Origin: Cyanobacteria bacterium P01_A01_bin.123 | GTDB taxonomy: Bacteria > Cyanobacteriota > Cyanobacteriia > Phormidesmidales > Phormidesmidaceae | Length of the DNA: 51,469 nt | Direction of reading: 5' to 3' | Assembly: GCA_039815185.1 (NCBI GenBank) | Contig: JBCBZT010000055.1 | Location: 1-51,469, forward strand | Shown: in pieces, positions 10,793-21,301 of the stretch | Numbering within the stretch: position 1 is the first letter of the stretch | How the letters are laid out: every line of letters starts with the position of its first letter | Notes under the pieces: model-generated | What the model was told of the DNA's origin: nothing | The model's input: the letters and a program-made list of their open reading frames with translations, nothing else | The model's database searches: none | Program-made: the position numbers and the translations under genes

Positions 10793-11893
10793 CTATACCT
10801 CCCGGAGTCCTAAACCAAGTACCGTAGCCAATCCTGGACGCTGGGCCACTGGAATGTCTTCATCCACCTCTAGGGACAGCGCTGCAATTGGGTCAATTTG
10901 GCTTGCTGGTAAGCTAAGCCGCTGTGAGAAAAACTCATCAAGTTGTCCAATCGCCCCTCCGGGCCCGGCTAATAGTAATTGCGCCACTTCCATGTCTTCT
11001 CCTTGGTTGAGATAAAAGTCAATGGAGCGGCGCAGCTCGTCGGCTAATTCACCGAGAACCCTTAGCATTGCGGCTGTACCTGGATTTGTCCCACCCATTT
11101 GAGGCGCACCCACGCTGTCCATTGGCGCGGACGGTACCGTCATGCCCTGCAGCAAGTCCGTGTTGCGAGAGGGGGGCAGGTTCATGGCTCGACTCAGCGC
11201 ACTTTGAATCTGAAAGGTGCCGATAGGAACTGTGCGAGAAAAATGGGGAATGCCATCAACGACAATGGAAATCTCAGTGCTTTCAAACTCAATATCAACG
11301 ATGGCCGCTGCTTCTTGAGGCGTAAACTGACGCAACTGCTCTCGAATGGTTCGAATCATTGAGAAACTGGTCGTTTCTAGAACATTCAGTGCTAACCCGG
11401 CTTGCTGGAAGGTCTCTACATAGAGATCGGTAATTTCTTTGCGGATGGCGACTAGCAAGACCTGCACTTTCTCAATGCCGTCTTCATCGACAAAGAATCC
11501 CAATTTTTGATAATCCACATCCGCTTCGTCTCGAGGGAAAGGTAGATAAAGACTGGCTTCTTGGTTGAGCACCATTTCTCGCAGTTCTTGATCATCGAGT
11601 TCTGCAGGCACGGGGATCACACGTGTAATGGCTCGACCGGGGATCGCTGATGAAGCTCGTTTGATCTTAAGCTTGCTCTCTGCCAAGGCAGCTCGAATTG
11701 CCTCTGCCATCGCCGCTGAGTCTCGGATTTCACCTTCCTCGAAAATGCCTTCCTCTAGCTCAACTGAGGCCAGGGTTTCCAGCTTGAATTTTTGACCTTG
11801 CTTGCGTAAACGGGCGATGTTCACCCGTTCTGGGGTGAGTTCTATACCCACACCTTTTGGTTTTCCAGAAAACAGGGATTTGAAAGTATTCAC
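10793..11893 (-). CDS. pilM: Type IV pilus assembly protein PilM
   Basis: Actin-like fold: GIELTPERVNIA, EASLYLPFPRDEADVDYQ, ELRRSIDFY, LAGPGG. Confidence 0.95.
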   Translation of the reverse strand: MNTFKSLFSGKPKGVGIELTPERVNIARLRKQGQKFKLETLASVELEEGIFEEGEIRDSAAMAEAIRAALAESKLKIKRASSAIPGRAITRVIPVPAELDDQELREMVLNQEASLYLPFPRDEADVDYQKLGFFVDEDGIEKVQVLLVAIRKEITDLYVETFQQAGLALNVLETTSFSMIRTIREQLRQFTPQEAAAIVDIEFESTEISIVVDGIPHFSRTVPIGTFQIQSALSRAMNLPPSRNTDLLQGMTVPSAPMDSVGAPQMGGTNPGTAAMLRVLGELADELRRSIDFYLNQGEDMEVAQLLLAGPGGAIGQLDEFFSQRLSLPASQIDPIAALSLEVDEDIPVAQRPGLATVLGLGLREV

Positions 11894-12154
11894 GGCAATG
11901 TCCGCTGTCCAAAATTAGAGCGTTTAAAGCACAGGCACGCAGTTTAGAACCGAAGGCAAAAGGAGAAAATCGACTCCTCTTAAAAATTGTGCTAACGAAT
12001 AGTACACAATCTAGACGAGTTTAGCCACCTATTTTTGGGGAAACTGCAGTTTAAGAAATATATCTGCTATTTCCCGACTCAAAATGAACTGGGCAAGCCT
12101 TTTCTAAGCTACCCAGATTTCCAAAGCGATCTCTCCTAACTCAAAGGTCAGGTT

Positions 12155-12230
12155 TATGCCTTGGCTAAACTCAGATCTTTAATATTTGCCGAACGAAAAA
12201 ACTGTGCTTCCCTTCAACTAGGCTGAAACT
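12155..12230 (+). repeat. Degenerate copy of the TA-ended dispersed repeat upstream of pilM
   Basis: TATGCCTTGGCTAAACTCAGATC...GAAAAAACT resembles TAAACCTTGGCTACATCCAGATC...CTAAAAACT. Confidence 0.5.
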
Positions 12231-12817
12231 GCACTAGCGACATCCCCGATGGTTGTACCCGATCTAGCTCAAGCTAGACATTGTTTTCCATGCGACAAAT
12301 TGCAAGCCATAAGAAAACGTTGGCTTACTATCTCCTCAGCAGAATAGAAGACAAGTTTTGAATTCTATTTCCCTAAGCGATGGAATTTTTTATCTGAGAT
12401 GTTACCTATAAATTAAGAAAACGGCGCAGTTTTTTGGAAAAAAAGTCAGTTTTTTGGAAAATTGCGACCCATGACTTCTCTTGAGTGGTGAAACCGACGA
12501 TGAGTGCTTCCGTTAAGGGGCAAAGGGCTGTATACACCAAGCCTGCTGTCATCACTGTCTGGGCTGATGCCCACGGCAGTAGTTGCGGCTAGGCAGAAAA
12601 AGTGATTGTCAAAGGCTTTGTCGAGTGTGAAACTGAGTTTGGGCTGTCTGTGCGGGCGATCGCAGAGTTGCCCATTAGTAGATAAGAGTCACGCTTGAAC
12701 TCATCCACCCCGATGCCTCTGTCGTGATTCTGGCACCGGGGTCTAGCGAAACACCTCAGTTTTTGATCAGTTTGAGGGGATTGCCACTACTTTGAATTTA
12801 TCCAAAAGCAACCTGCG

Positions 12818-12847
12818 TTTTTGTGGCAGACCACACTGCCACAAAAA
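12818..12847. terminator. Hairpin, possible terminator
   Basis: TTTTTGTGGCAG-ACCACA-CTGCCACAAAAA perfect 12-bp stem; the T-run precedes rather than follows the stem on both strands, so it is atypical. Confidence 0.45.
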
Positions 12848-12999
12848 CCTCTCCAGGCGGATCACTCTTGCTCTAGTCGACGCGATTGGGCAGGCTTAAC
12901 AGAGAACAACCGCCTGTGCTGCTCAAGTTGAAGGTGTGTTGTGGGGGGTTGATCTTAACCCCTCGGGTTGAATGGCTTTGAAGTGCTCTGGAGTAACGG

Positions 13000-13365
13000 C
13001 TACAGGCCAAACCCAACCTTGGCTAACACCCAAAACAAAATGCGGTTGACAATCGAAAGCGCGATCGCACCCAATACTGCACTCCAAACGCTCTTAAGCC
13101 GAAAGCCTTCCACCAGCTTCGCCGTCAGCCCAAAGATCAAAGCATTGAACAACAGCAAAATTGGAAACAGCAAAATATTGATGATGGGCAACGAGAGTAG
13201 GGCCAACAACGGCCAAGCGATCGCGTTGAGGACGCCAAACACCGCTGCTGAAACAAAGGCTTTGCCAGGGCTGTCGACCTGGATACCCAGGGGGAGCTTA
13301 GAAATGATCAGCAAGCTGACTGAAGTGACAATCAGCGTGACTAGAATACCGATAATCCAAGACAT
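13000..13365 (-). CDS. YvlD/DUF360 'phage holin family' 4-TM membrane protein
   Basis: KAFVSAAVFGVLNA, NALIFGLTAKLVEGF, SAVLGAIALSIVN; GTAGGAG SD before ATG 13365. Confidence 0.85.
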   Translation of the reverse strand: MSWIIGILVTLIVTSVSLLIISKLPLGIQVDSPGKAFVSAAVFGVLNAIAWPLLALLSLPIINILLFPILLLFNALIFGLTAKLVEGFRLKSVWSAVLGAIALSIVNRILFWVLAKVGFGL

Positions 13366-13893
13366 AGGAAATCTCCTACCCAGAAGGGAATGGGGCTTAT
13401 AGGTCAATGGGGGTTGATGGCTAGACTCCCAGGTTCAGCAATCGAGCTTGGGTGATCTAGTGGGCTAGCGAGCAAGCCGTTTAGCCATCTAAATGATAGC
13501 TAGGCCCATTCACAGCTGATCTGGAAGGGAATAACTGCCTATCGCCCACGTAGCTCATATTTTGACAGCCTAGGATCACCACCATGGGTAATCCAAAACA
13601 CCTTGCAGAAATTAAAAGAACTTAAAGATGATTCAAAAACGACAGTTTCCTGTGTGCTCCCTCGTTATTCTTTGGAGGAAGGCTAAGGCATCGTTTCGTC
13701 ACTCTCCTCCTGTGGCACCGTTGCGGCAGGTTTTGTGTGTCGCTCCCTTACAGTGATACCCTACTATAGGCTGGTGCAGATGCTAGGAGTAATTCCGAGC
13801 ATTGATCGAGATCGGCCAGGGTGGTAGATAGGGCTGCGGTTAATTCACCGTACTGAACATCCACCGGGTTAAGTTGGGCTCAGAGATACATAA

Positions 13894-15126
<1,233 letters not shown>

Positions 15127-15244
15127 GGATCGCTCGTTAGGGCTCAATTTGCCCTGTGCTTGTAGACGCTGATTTTGGTAAGGCGTGAGGGATGAGGGGT
15201 TAGATTACCGCGATCCCTTCCGGTTTGGTTAGCGAAGAGATGTG

Positions 15245-15279
15245 AAATAGGGAAGCGTTTTAGCGCTTCCCTATTTTTT
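15245..15279 (+). terminator. Intrinsic terminator of petH
   Basis: AAATAGGGAAGCG / CGCTTCCCTATTT 13-bp stem ending in a T-run. Confidence 0.85.
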
Positions 15280-15283
15280 GTCT

Positions 15284-15330
15284 TCTGGCTCGCAGTCGCG
15301 CAAAAAGCTTTGTCGCGACTGCGAGCCAGA
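15284..15330. repeat. 17-bp perfect inverted repeat with AAAGCTTTG in the loop
   Basis: TCTGGCTCGCAGTCGCG-CAAAAAGCTTTGT-CGCGACTGCGAGCCAGA. Confidence 0.9.
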
Positions 15331-15394
15331 TTGTTTGTGTGATGAGCATCCCAGCGATACTCGGTGCATTAAGCAATCTGGCCAGCGCTATCTA

Positions 15395-15589
15395 TCAGGC
15401 GCGCAGGAGGGGAATGAGGAAGATAAAGCAGGCGATCAAGAAAAACAGGCTGCCTAAGATGCCTAAGCGATCGCCTGCTTGAATCGTTGAGCCCGTGAAA
15501 AAAACAGCTGAAACAATGAATAACAACCAGCCGATAATCTCGTAGACTTTTGCAGATTTGTCAATATTGGGGTCTGGGCGATCTGTCAC
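15395..15589 (-). CDS. Small two-TM membrane protein of unknown function
   Basis: 64 aa, two clean hydrophobic helices (GWLLFIVSAVFF; GSLFFLIACFIFLIPL); GTG start. Confidence 0.7.
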   Translation of the reverse strand: MTDRPDPNIDKSAKVYEIIGWLLFIVSAVFFTGSTIQAGDRLGILGSLFFLIACFIFLIPLLRA

Positions 15590-15712
15590 GGGCTAGCCAT
15601 CTTTTGAAGGAGATGTTGCTAAGCTTATCCTGTCCTACTCACAATCACAGAAGTTCCTTTAGGGTTTGGGCTTGAGTAGACTTCTTTCATGAATGTTTAG
15701 ACGTTTGTGTGG

Positions 15713-15812
15713 TCCCCTTAAATCCCCAAATTCTGGGGGACTTGACACTCAAACCCATTCACAGGAGCCATCTGATCCTTGCCAATGAACCAAATCTTGG
15801 ACGGGGGATTGG
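15713..15812. repeat. Degenerate cyanobacterial CCCCTAAATCCCC...GGGGGACTT-type miniature repeat
   Basis: TCCCCTTAAATCCCCAAATTCTGGGGGACTT at 15713-15743; eroded opposite end GGGGGATTGG near 15803-15812; family recognised from memory. Confidence 0.55.
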
Positions 15813-15904
15813 TGCTTGCCTACTTGAGCACTGCCCACTTGGGCAAAAATGGGAGATGATGAGTCGCAGATGATGATCTGTGATGGTGTGAACTGGAAAC
15901 GGAG

Positions 15905-17677
15905 ATGCGTAATTTAAGTGAATGGGCGCTTTGTGGATTAGCCCTGGGAACGACAAGTGTAATCAGTATGGCTTTACCCAGTGCGGCCCAAACTGGGTTA
16001 ACAGTGGTGTACCCTCCCGAGCAGCATCAAACCACCGCAGATCGCATTTTTTTGATTGGCACAGCCTCCCCCGAGCAGCCTGTACAAGTCAACGGACAAG
16101 CGATCGACAGTCGCAGTGCAGATGGACATTTTGCACCCAGCTTTCCGCTAAGCCTGGGCGAGAATACATTTACGCTGACTCAGGGGGATGAAACCCTAAC
16201 GCTGACAGTGACTCGTCTATCAAATGTACCTATGGCCCCAGCGGGTGTCGCTTTTGCTGGAGGGTCACTGCTGCCTGCCGTAGATATTGCGCGTCAGCCG
16301 AATGAGTTGGTTTGCTTCAGCGCGATCGCGCCTGCCAATGCCCGCGTGTCTGTCAATCTAGCTGGAGAAACCATCCCGCTGACGGCCCAAACCTCGGCAA
16401 TGGTGTTACCCGCCAACTTTGCGGTGCTGGTGGGCGATAATGCCCCATCCGCTGTACCCAGTGCGATTCAATATGAAGGTTGTACCCAATTTGATGCGCC
16501 TGGGAATTATGGCGTTCCCCAGTTTCAACTTGCCCTGAATGGACAAGCGGTTACTCAACTGGGTAGTGGTGGCGTCACCGTGTTGCCACCTACACCATTT
16601 CAGATAGCTGAGGTGATCAATCCAACGGGCACTGCTCGCACTGGCCCCAGCACCAGCTATTCGCGGATTACTCCCTTACCCAGCGGCACCCGCGCCGCGA
16701 TCACTGGACGGGAGGGTGATTGGCTGCGGCTCGACTATGGCGGCTGGATTCAGGCCAGCGAAACTCGCATTTTTACCAGTACAGCACCCCCGCGATCGCT
16801 GATTCGTAGTGCCCAATCGCAGCAGATTCCCGGCTGGACTGAGGTGCTATTTCCATTGCAGGTGGCTGTCCCCGTCAACGTAACGCAAACCGACGATCGC
16901 CTAACCCTAACGCTCTACAACACCACGGCCCAAACCGACACGATTTACTTTGACACCAACCCCGTAATAGAACGCATGGACTGGCGACCGATTTTGCCCG
17001 ACCAAGCTGAATACACATTTCACTTTAGAACAGATCAGCAGTGGGGCTATAACTTGCGCTACGACGGCACTACCCTCGTACTTTCCCTGCGCCATCCCCC
17101 CCAACCCAATGCCGATGCCCCCCTAGCCAACACGACAATTTTGCTTGATCCAGGCCACGGTGGCGAAGAACTGGGAGCACGGGGCCCCACGGGCTATCCC
17201 GAAAAGGATGTGAATCTAGTCGTGTCTACTTTGTTGCGGGACGAATTGGAAGCGCGTGGGGCTAGGGTGGTGATGACCCGTGAAACTGATGTGGCCGTGT
17301 CTTTGCGCGATCGCATCGATCAAATCAATCAGTTGGAACCTACCCTGGCCCTCAGTATTCACTACAACGCCCTGCCCGACAATGGCGACGCCCTCAACAC
17401 CGCTGGGATTGGCGCGTTTTGGTATGATGCCCAAGCCCATGACCTAGCAGAGTTTTTGCACAATTACCTGGTTGAGAACCTCAACCGCGATAGCTATGGC
17501 GTCTATTGGAACAACCTGGCCCTAACTCGCCCCCATGTGGCCCCGACAGTCTTGCTCGAACTGGGCTTTATGATCAATCCAACGGAGTTTGAGTGGATCA
17601 CCGATCCCGAATCTCAACAACAGTTGGTTACGACTCTGGCCGATGGTATTGAAGCCTGGTTAACCCAACCACGATAA
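15905..17677 (+). CDS. N-acetylmuramoyl-L-alanine amidase (signal peptide, SH3-like, Amidase_3)
   Basis: ARTGPSTSYSRITPL SH3-like; ILLDPGHGG, EKDVNL, LSIHYNA, VLLELGFM zinc-amidase motifs. Confidence 0.92.
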   Translation: MRNLSEWALCGLALGTTSVISMALPSAAQTGLTVVYPPEQHQTTADRIFLIGTASPEQPVQVNGQAIDSRSADGHFAPSFPLSLGENTFTLTQGDETLTLTVTRLSNVPMAPAGVAFAGGSLLPAVDIARQPNELVCFSAIAPANARVSVNLAGETIPLTAQTSAMVLPANFAVLVGDNAPSAVPSAIQYEGCTQFDAPGNYGVPQFQLALNGQAVTQLGSGGVTVLPPTPFQIAEVINPTGTARTGPSTSYSRITPLPSGTRAAITGREGDWLRLDYGGWIQASETRIFTSTAPPRSLIRSAQSQQIPGWTEVLFPLQVAVPVNVTQTDDRLTLTLYNTTAQTDTIYFDTNPVIERMDWRPILPDQAEYTFHFRTDQQWGYNLRYDGTTLVLSLRHPPQPNADAPLANTTILLDPGHGGEELGARGPTGYPEKDVNLVVSTLLRDELEARGARVVMTRETDVAVSLRDRIDQINQLEPTLALSIHYNALPDNGDALNTAGIGAFWYDAQAHDLAEFLHNYLVENLNRDSYGVYWNNLALTRPHVAPTVLLELGFMINPTEFEWITDPESQQQLVTTLADGIEAWLTQPR

Positions 17678-18357
17678 TGGCCCAATCCTTCAGCGATCAG
17701 AAAATCATTGAGTCTTGGTGCAAAAACGTGGATCCGTGGACAGCAGCGGTACGCCAAGGCCAAATACCCAGTCGTAAATTGGTGACTAATCAAGCCATTG
17801 TGGATGCGATCGCGTCACAAGCACCCCGCAGCGTCCTCGACATCGGCTGTGGTGAGGGTTGGCTAGTCCGTGAGTTAACAGCCCGAGGCATGATTGCTAC
17901 AGGCATTGACGGGGTACCGGGGTTAATTGAGCAAGCACAGCAGTGGGGGCAGGGTGAGTTTAAGGTAGTGACTTACGAGGCGATCGGCCAAGGGCATTTT
18001 ACGACAGCAGTGGATGTAGCCGTGTGCAATTTTTCTCTGATCGGCAAAGATGCTGTGGATGGCGTGATCGGGGCAGTCGGTGACCTGCTCACGCCTAATG
18101 GTGTCGTGATCGTGCAAACCCTCCATCCAGTAGTCGCTTGTGGAGAACTGCCCTATCAAGATGGTTGGCGATCGGGTGCTTGGATAGGATTGGGCGATGA
18201 CTTCTGTGATCCGGCCCCCTGGTATTTCCGGACGCTGGCCAGTTGGCTACAGCTATTTGTCCGGAGTGGTTTACGGCTGATTGACTTGCGTGAACCCATT
18301 CATCCGCAAACCCAACGCCCCGCTTCGGTGATTTTCATTGCAGAGGTAGTCCATTGA
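17677..18357 (+). CDS. Class I SAM-dependent methyltransferase
   Basis: VLDIGCGEGW motif I; TAATG stop/start overlap with amidase. Confidence 0.88.
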   Translation: MAQSFSDQKIIESWCKNVDPWTAAVRQGQIPSRKLVTNQAIVDAIASQAPRSVLDIGCGEGWLVRELTARGMIATGIDGVPGLIEQAQQWGQGEFKVVTYEAIGQGHFTTAVDVAVCNFSLIGKDAVDGVIGAVGDLLTPNGVVIVQTLHPVVACGELPYQDGWRSGAWIGLGDDFCDPAPWYFRTLASWLQLFVRSGLRLIDLREPIHPQTQRPASVIFIAEVVH

Positions 18358-18382
18358 GCAGTCGAGTCATAAGTTGTTACCC

Positions 18383-19054
18383 ATGTCAGAACTGCCTTCT
18401 TTTCGCGATCGCGCCCTATTGCAGCAAGCCCTCACTCACAAGTCCTACACCAATGAAGAGGCTAGTGGTGGAGACAACAATGAGCGGCTGGAGTTTTTAG
18501 GCGACGCCATTCTGACATTTTTGATTGGCGACCTCCTTTACAAACGCTTTCCAAATCAAGCAGAAGGCGAGCTTACCCCCCTGAGGGCTTCCTTGGTTGA
18601 CAAACAGCAATTAGCAGAAATTGCCATAATGCTTAAGCTAGGTCCGCAGCTTCTGATGGGCAAAGGGGTTGAAGGCAGTGATGGCCGTCGCAACCCCCGC
18701 CTGTTGTGCAGTGCTTTTGAAGCCCTGATTGGGGCTTACTACCTTGACTGTGGGTCAGATATTGAAGCTGTGCGGCAGTATGTCGCCCCCCTCTTTGAGC
18801 CTGCCATTCAACAACGGAGTCAAACTGCCGTTCGCATCAACTACAAAAGTCGTTTTCAGGCTTGGGCTCTAGAAACCATTGGCCAGATCCCTCAATATCG
18901 CATCATCAATGAAACTGGTCCGGATCATGCCAAATGCTTTGTCGCTGAAGTTTTAGTATCCAGGAAAATCTATGGGACGGGTCAAGGCCCCAAAAAACAG
19001 GATGCTGAGAAAAATGCGGCTAAGGATGCTTTAGAAAAACTGGGCTTGATTTAG
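18383..19054 (+). CDS. rnc: Ribonuclease III
   Basis: ALTHKSY, NERLEFLGDA signature, AFEALIGAYYLD, dsRBD (NYKSRFQ...GPDHAK...KKQDAEKNAA). Confidence 0.93.
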   Translation: MSELPSFRDRALLQQALTHKSYTNEEASGGDNNERLEFLGDAILTFLIGDLLYKRFPNQAEGELTPLRASLVDKQQLAEIAIMLKLGPQLLMGKGVEGSDGRRNPRLLCSAFEALIGAYYLDCGSDIEAVRQYVAPLFEPAIQQRSQTAVRINYKSRFQAWALETIGQIPQYRIINETGPDHAKCFVAEVLVSRKIYGTGQGPKKQDAEKNAAKDALEKLGLI

Positions 19055-19142
19055 GATCGGTCGCGGCGTCTCCATCTCTGCTGAACTGTTCTAAGTTAGG
19101 GGCGAAAAATGCGATCGCGGCTGACTTCAACGTTCTGAAACG

Positions 19143-19176
19143 AAAAAAAACCAGGTATTTCAATTGAAATACCTGG
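19143..19176 (-). terminator. Intrinsic terminator of the PEP-CTERM gene
   Basis: Perfect 26-bp palindrome CCAGGTATTTCAATTGAAATACCTGG plus T8 on the minus strand. Confidence 0.8.
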
Positions 19177-19245
19177 GGATGATTGAGAGAGTATAGATGA
19201 AGTCAGTCGAGGGTTAGTTGCTCCTTTTAACCTTGGTCAAACTGA

Positions 19246-20100
19246 TTACGCAACAGCTCGCTTACGACGTAGACGACGTCCTCCAGCTACCATGCCAAGC
19301 AACAAGACACCGCCGAGAGCAGAAGGTTCGGGTACATCTTGCAAGTCACCGTCGAGAGCAACGCCATCGTTAGCACACTCGATGAAGATGTTAGCCACAT
19401 ATTCGCCAGTAGGTACAAATGCACGACTAAAACTAAAGGCAAGGGTCTCAGAGCCATCAGTGTTGAAGTGATCAAAATCTAGACCTTCAGCTGCCATCTC
19501 ACTCTCAGAGAGATAGGTCAAGCCTCCTTCATAAGTGCCTGAATCAATTACGTTAAGAACTGGTGAGGTTTCACCAAATTCATCAAAGGCTGCCTGCTTG
19601 GTGGCATAGTCTGTACCCATTGTGTTGGTCTTGCCCCAACCATAATCGTGGTACATCTTGAGACTGCTATAGCCATTGTTATCGGCAGTGACGCTCTTAG
19701 CAGTTACGTCACTATATACTCCAACCTCAGGAGCACCGGAGTCATTGGTTCCAGCAAAATTGATGCCAATCAAATCACCATTTTGGCTAGCAGTTTGAAA
19801 GTCATCACCAGAGAAATTGAGGAACAAATCTCCCCAACCAATATTGCCATCCTGTGCACCAGAGGCGCTGTTGCCGAGCAAAGATAGGTTGGCATTGATG
19901 GCAATAAAGATATTATCTCCAGACTCTTTAATAGCTAATCCCTGAATGTCATAGACTGAACCACCAGAGCCATCACCAAAGGCATCAATACCATAGTTCC
20001 AGCCGTTGTGGAGTTGACCTGCCTGGGCAGATTGGGCGACACCAACGGTTATCATGACTGTGCCGATGGCAGCGATTGAAAGTTTATGCAAAGCGGACAT
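19246..20100 (-). CDS. Exosortase-dependent PEP-CTERM surface protein (XDD3-like)
   Basis: Signal peptide ending AQA; C-terminal VPEPS, TM helix and RRLRRKR; GWNYGID...GNIGWGDLF...ECANDG recalled as XDD3-type. Confidence 0.88.
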   Translation of the reverse strand: MSALHKLSIAAIGTVMITVGVAQSAQAGQLHNGWNYGIDAFGDGSGGSVYDIQGLAIKESGDNIFIAINANLSLLGNSASGAQDGNIGWGDLFLNFSGDDFQTASQNGDLIGINFAGTNDSGAPEVGVYSDVTAKSVTADNNGYSSLKMYHDYGWGKTNTMGTDYATKQAAFDEFGETSPVLNVIDSGTYEGGLTYLSESEMAAEGLDFDHFNTDGSETLAFSFSRAFVPTGEYVANIFIECANDGVALDGDLQDVPEPSALGGVLLLGMVAGGRRLRRKRAVA

Positions 20101-20792
20101 GGTTTTCCCTCAGAAGCGGTTTTGGATTGTTTTTTGGTTTTCAGTACACCCTTGGTTTCTGCTAATCGCTTCTCCGCTAAATTAGGCCTTTCAAGGATGA
20201 GATGAAAGTAATTAAAGATCAGTTATCGAGCGAAATCATAATCAAGTGTGCTTGTAGATGCCTCAAGTTAACAGTTGAGTTCAGTCACCAATTGACTAAA
20301 AATCCTTTGCTCAACTGAACACAGTATGGTCTGCTCAGGCCGCTAACAGAAGAGGATAGCTGAGATCTTTGCCTGAATTTGTTACTGCGACGTTAAAGAT
20401 AAAAGCGACTTAAATAGATTAGCCTATTGATTAGATTGTCTTAGGTAATTTTGTTTAGATTTCTGATGGCGGATGGCGGTATTTAGGTATTTTTGGATAA
20501 ATAAAATCTGGAATGCTTCTAGATGTTTCCTTTGGTTCTCGATTACCTACACATTGCTAACTAGGCAGACCTGATTTTATATGACTTAAGTCTGTATAAA
20601 TACTGATCTCTCAACCTAATTCAATTCGATTCCCTTGCCGTTGTTGCTAAAGTTGACTGGATGAAAAGGTAATGGTTACGCCAGATCAACCTCTAGCATG
20701 CAGACTTCTGCCTCGGAATTGAGGACTGAAGAGGGCAGAAATACAGACTCCAATGTGCCAAGATGAGGAAATGTCAGCTTTTCTAAGTTTCG

Positions 20793-21200
20793 ATGACTTC
20801 TTCTAACCTTTCTTTTGAGCATAAAGTGCAACGGCTGAAGGATGTGCGGTTGCAGCTACTCCGACTCCACAAAGCCCTACTCGAATCAGAACGTACCGTT
20901 TACGAGCAAGTTTATGGCCACATTCACTCAACGGGGGAATTTTTTCAACTGGTATTGAGCCATGAGTGGTTTAGCTGGTTGCGACCCATGTCTCAGTTTA
21001 TTGCACGGGTCGATGAAGCCTTTGATGCCAAAGAAGAGCCGATCACGGCCGAACAAGTGGACGGATTTTTGGTGGAGGTGCAGCAGTTGGTGCAGCCTGC
21101 CAAGGGCGGCACGCCTGCGGAGATGCGCTATTTTGATGCGATTCAGCGCGATCCCAACATTGCCCTAATGCATGCGGATATCGCGAAATTGCTGAAATAA
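20793..21200 (+). CDS. Conserved hypothetical helical protein
   Basis: 135-aa ORF with family-like motifs LLRLHKALLESER...FSWLRPMSQFI..IDE...RDP; fills the gene slot. Confidence 0.8.
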   Translation: MTSSNLSFEHKVQRLKDVRLQLLRLHKALLESERTVYEQVYGHIHSTGEFFQLVLSHEWFSWLRPMSQFIARVDEAFDAKEEPITAEQVDGFLVEVQQLVQPAKGGTPAEMRYFDAIQRDPNIALMHADIAKLLK

Positions 21201-21301
21201 TTTTCCACATTGCGATCTGTCGCAAAAGTGATCGTCTAGTCCCACGATTCGGTTAAATAGGGAATCGTCATCAACCACGGCTTGGGAGCCTAGGAGGCGG
21301 G

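Noticed and set aside
12500..12592. 30-aa ORF MSASVKGQRAVYTKPAVITVWADAHGSSCG resembling a lasso-peptide leader (YxxP)
   Set aside because: Lacks the full YxxPxL...G...T pattern and a plausible core; no cyclase, peptidase or RRE gene nearby.
12900..12960. Yfr1 sRNA
   Set aside because: The ACTCCTCACAC motif is absent and the guaB-trxA context is missing; kept only as a generic sRNA candidate.
13000..13365. Prophage, suggested by the 'phage holin family' protein
   Set aside because: This YvlD-like family is chromosomal in cyanobacteria, and no phage genes are nearby.
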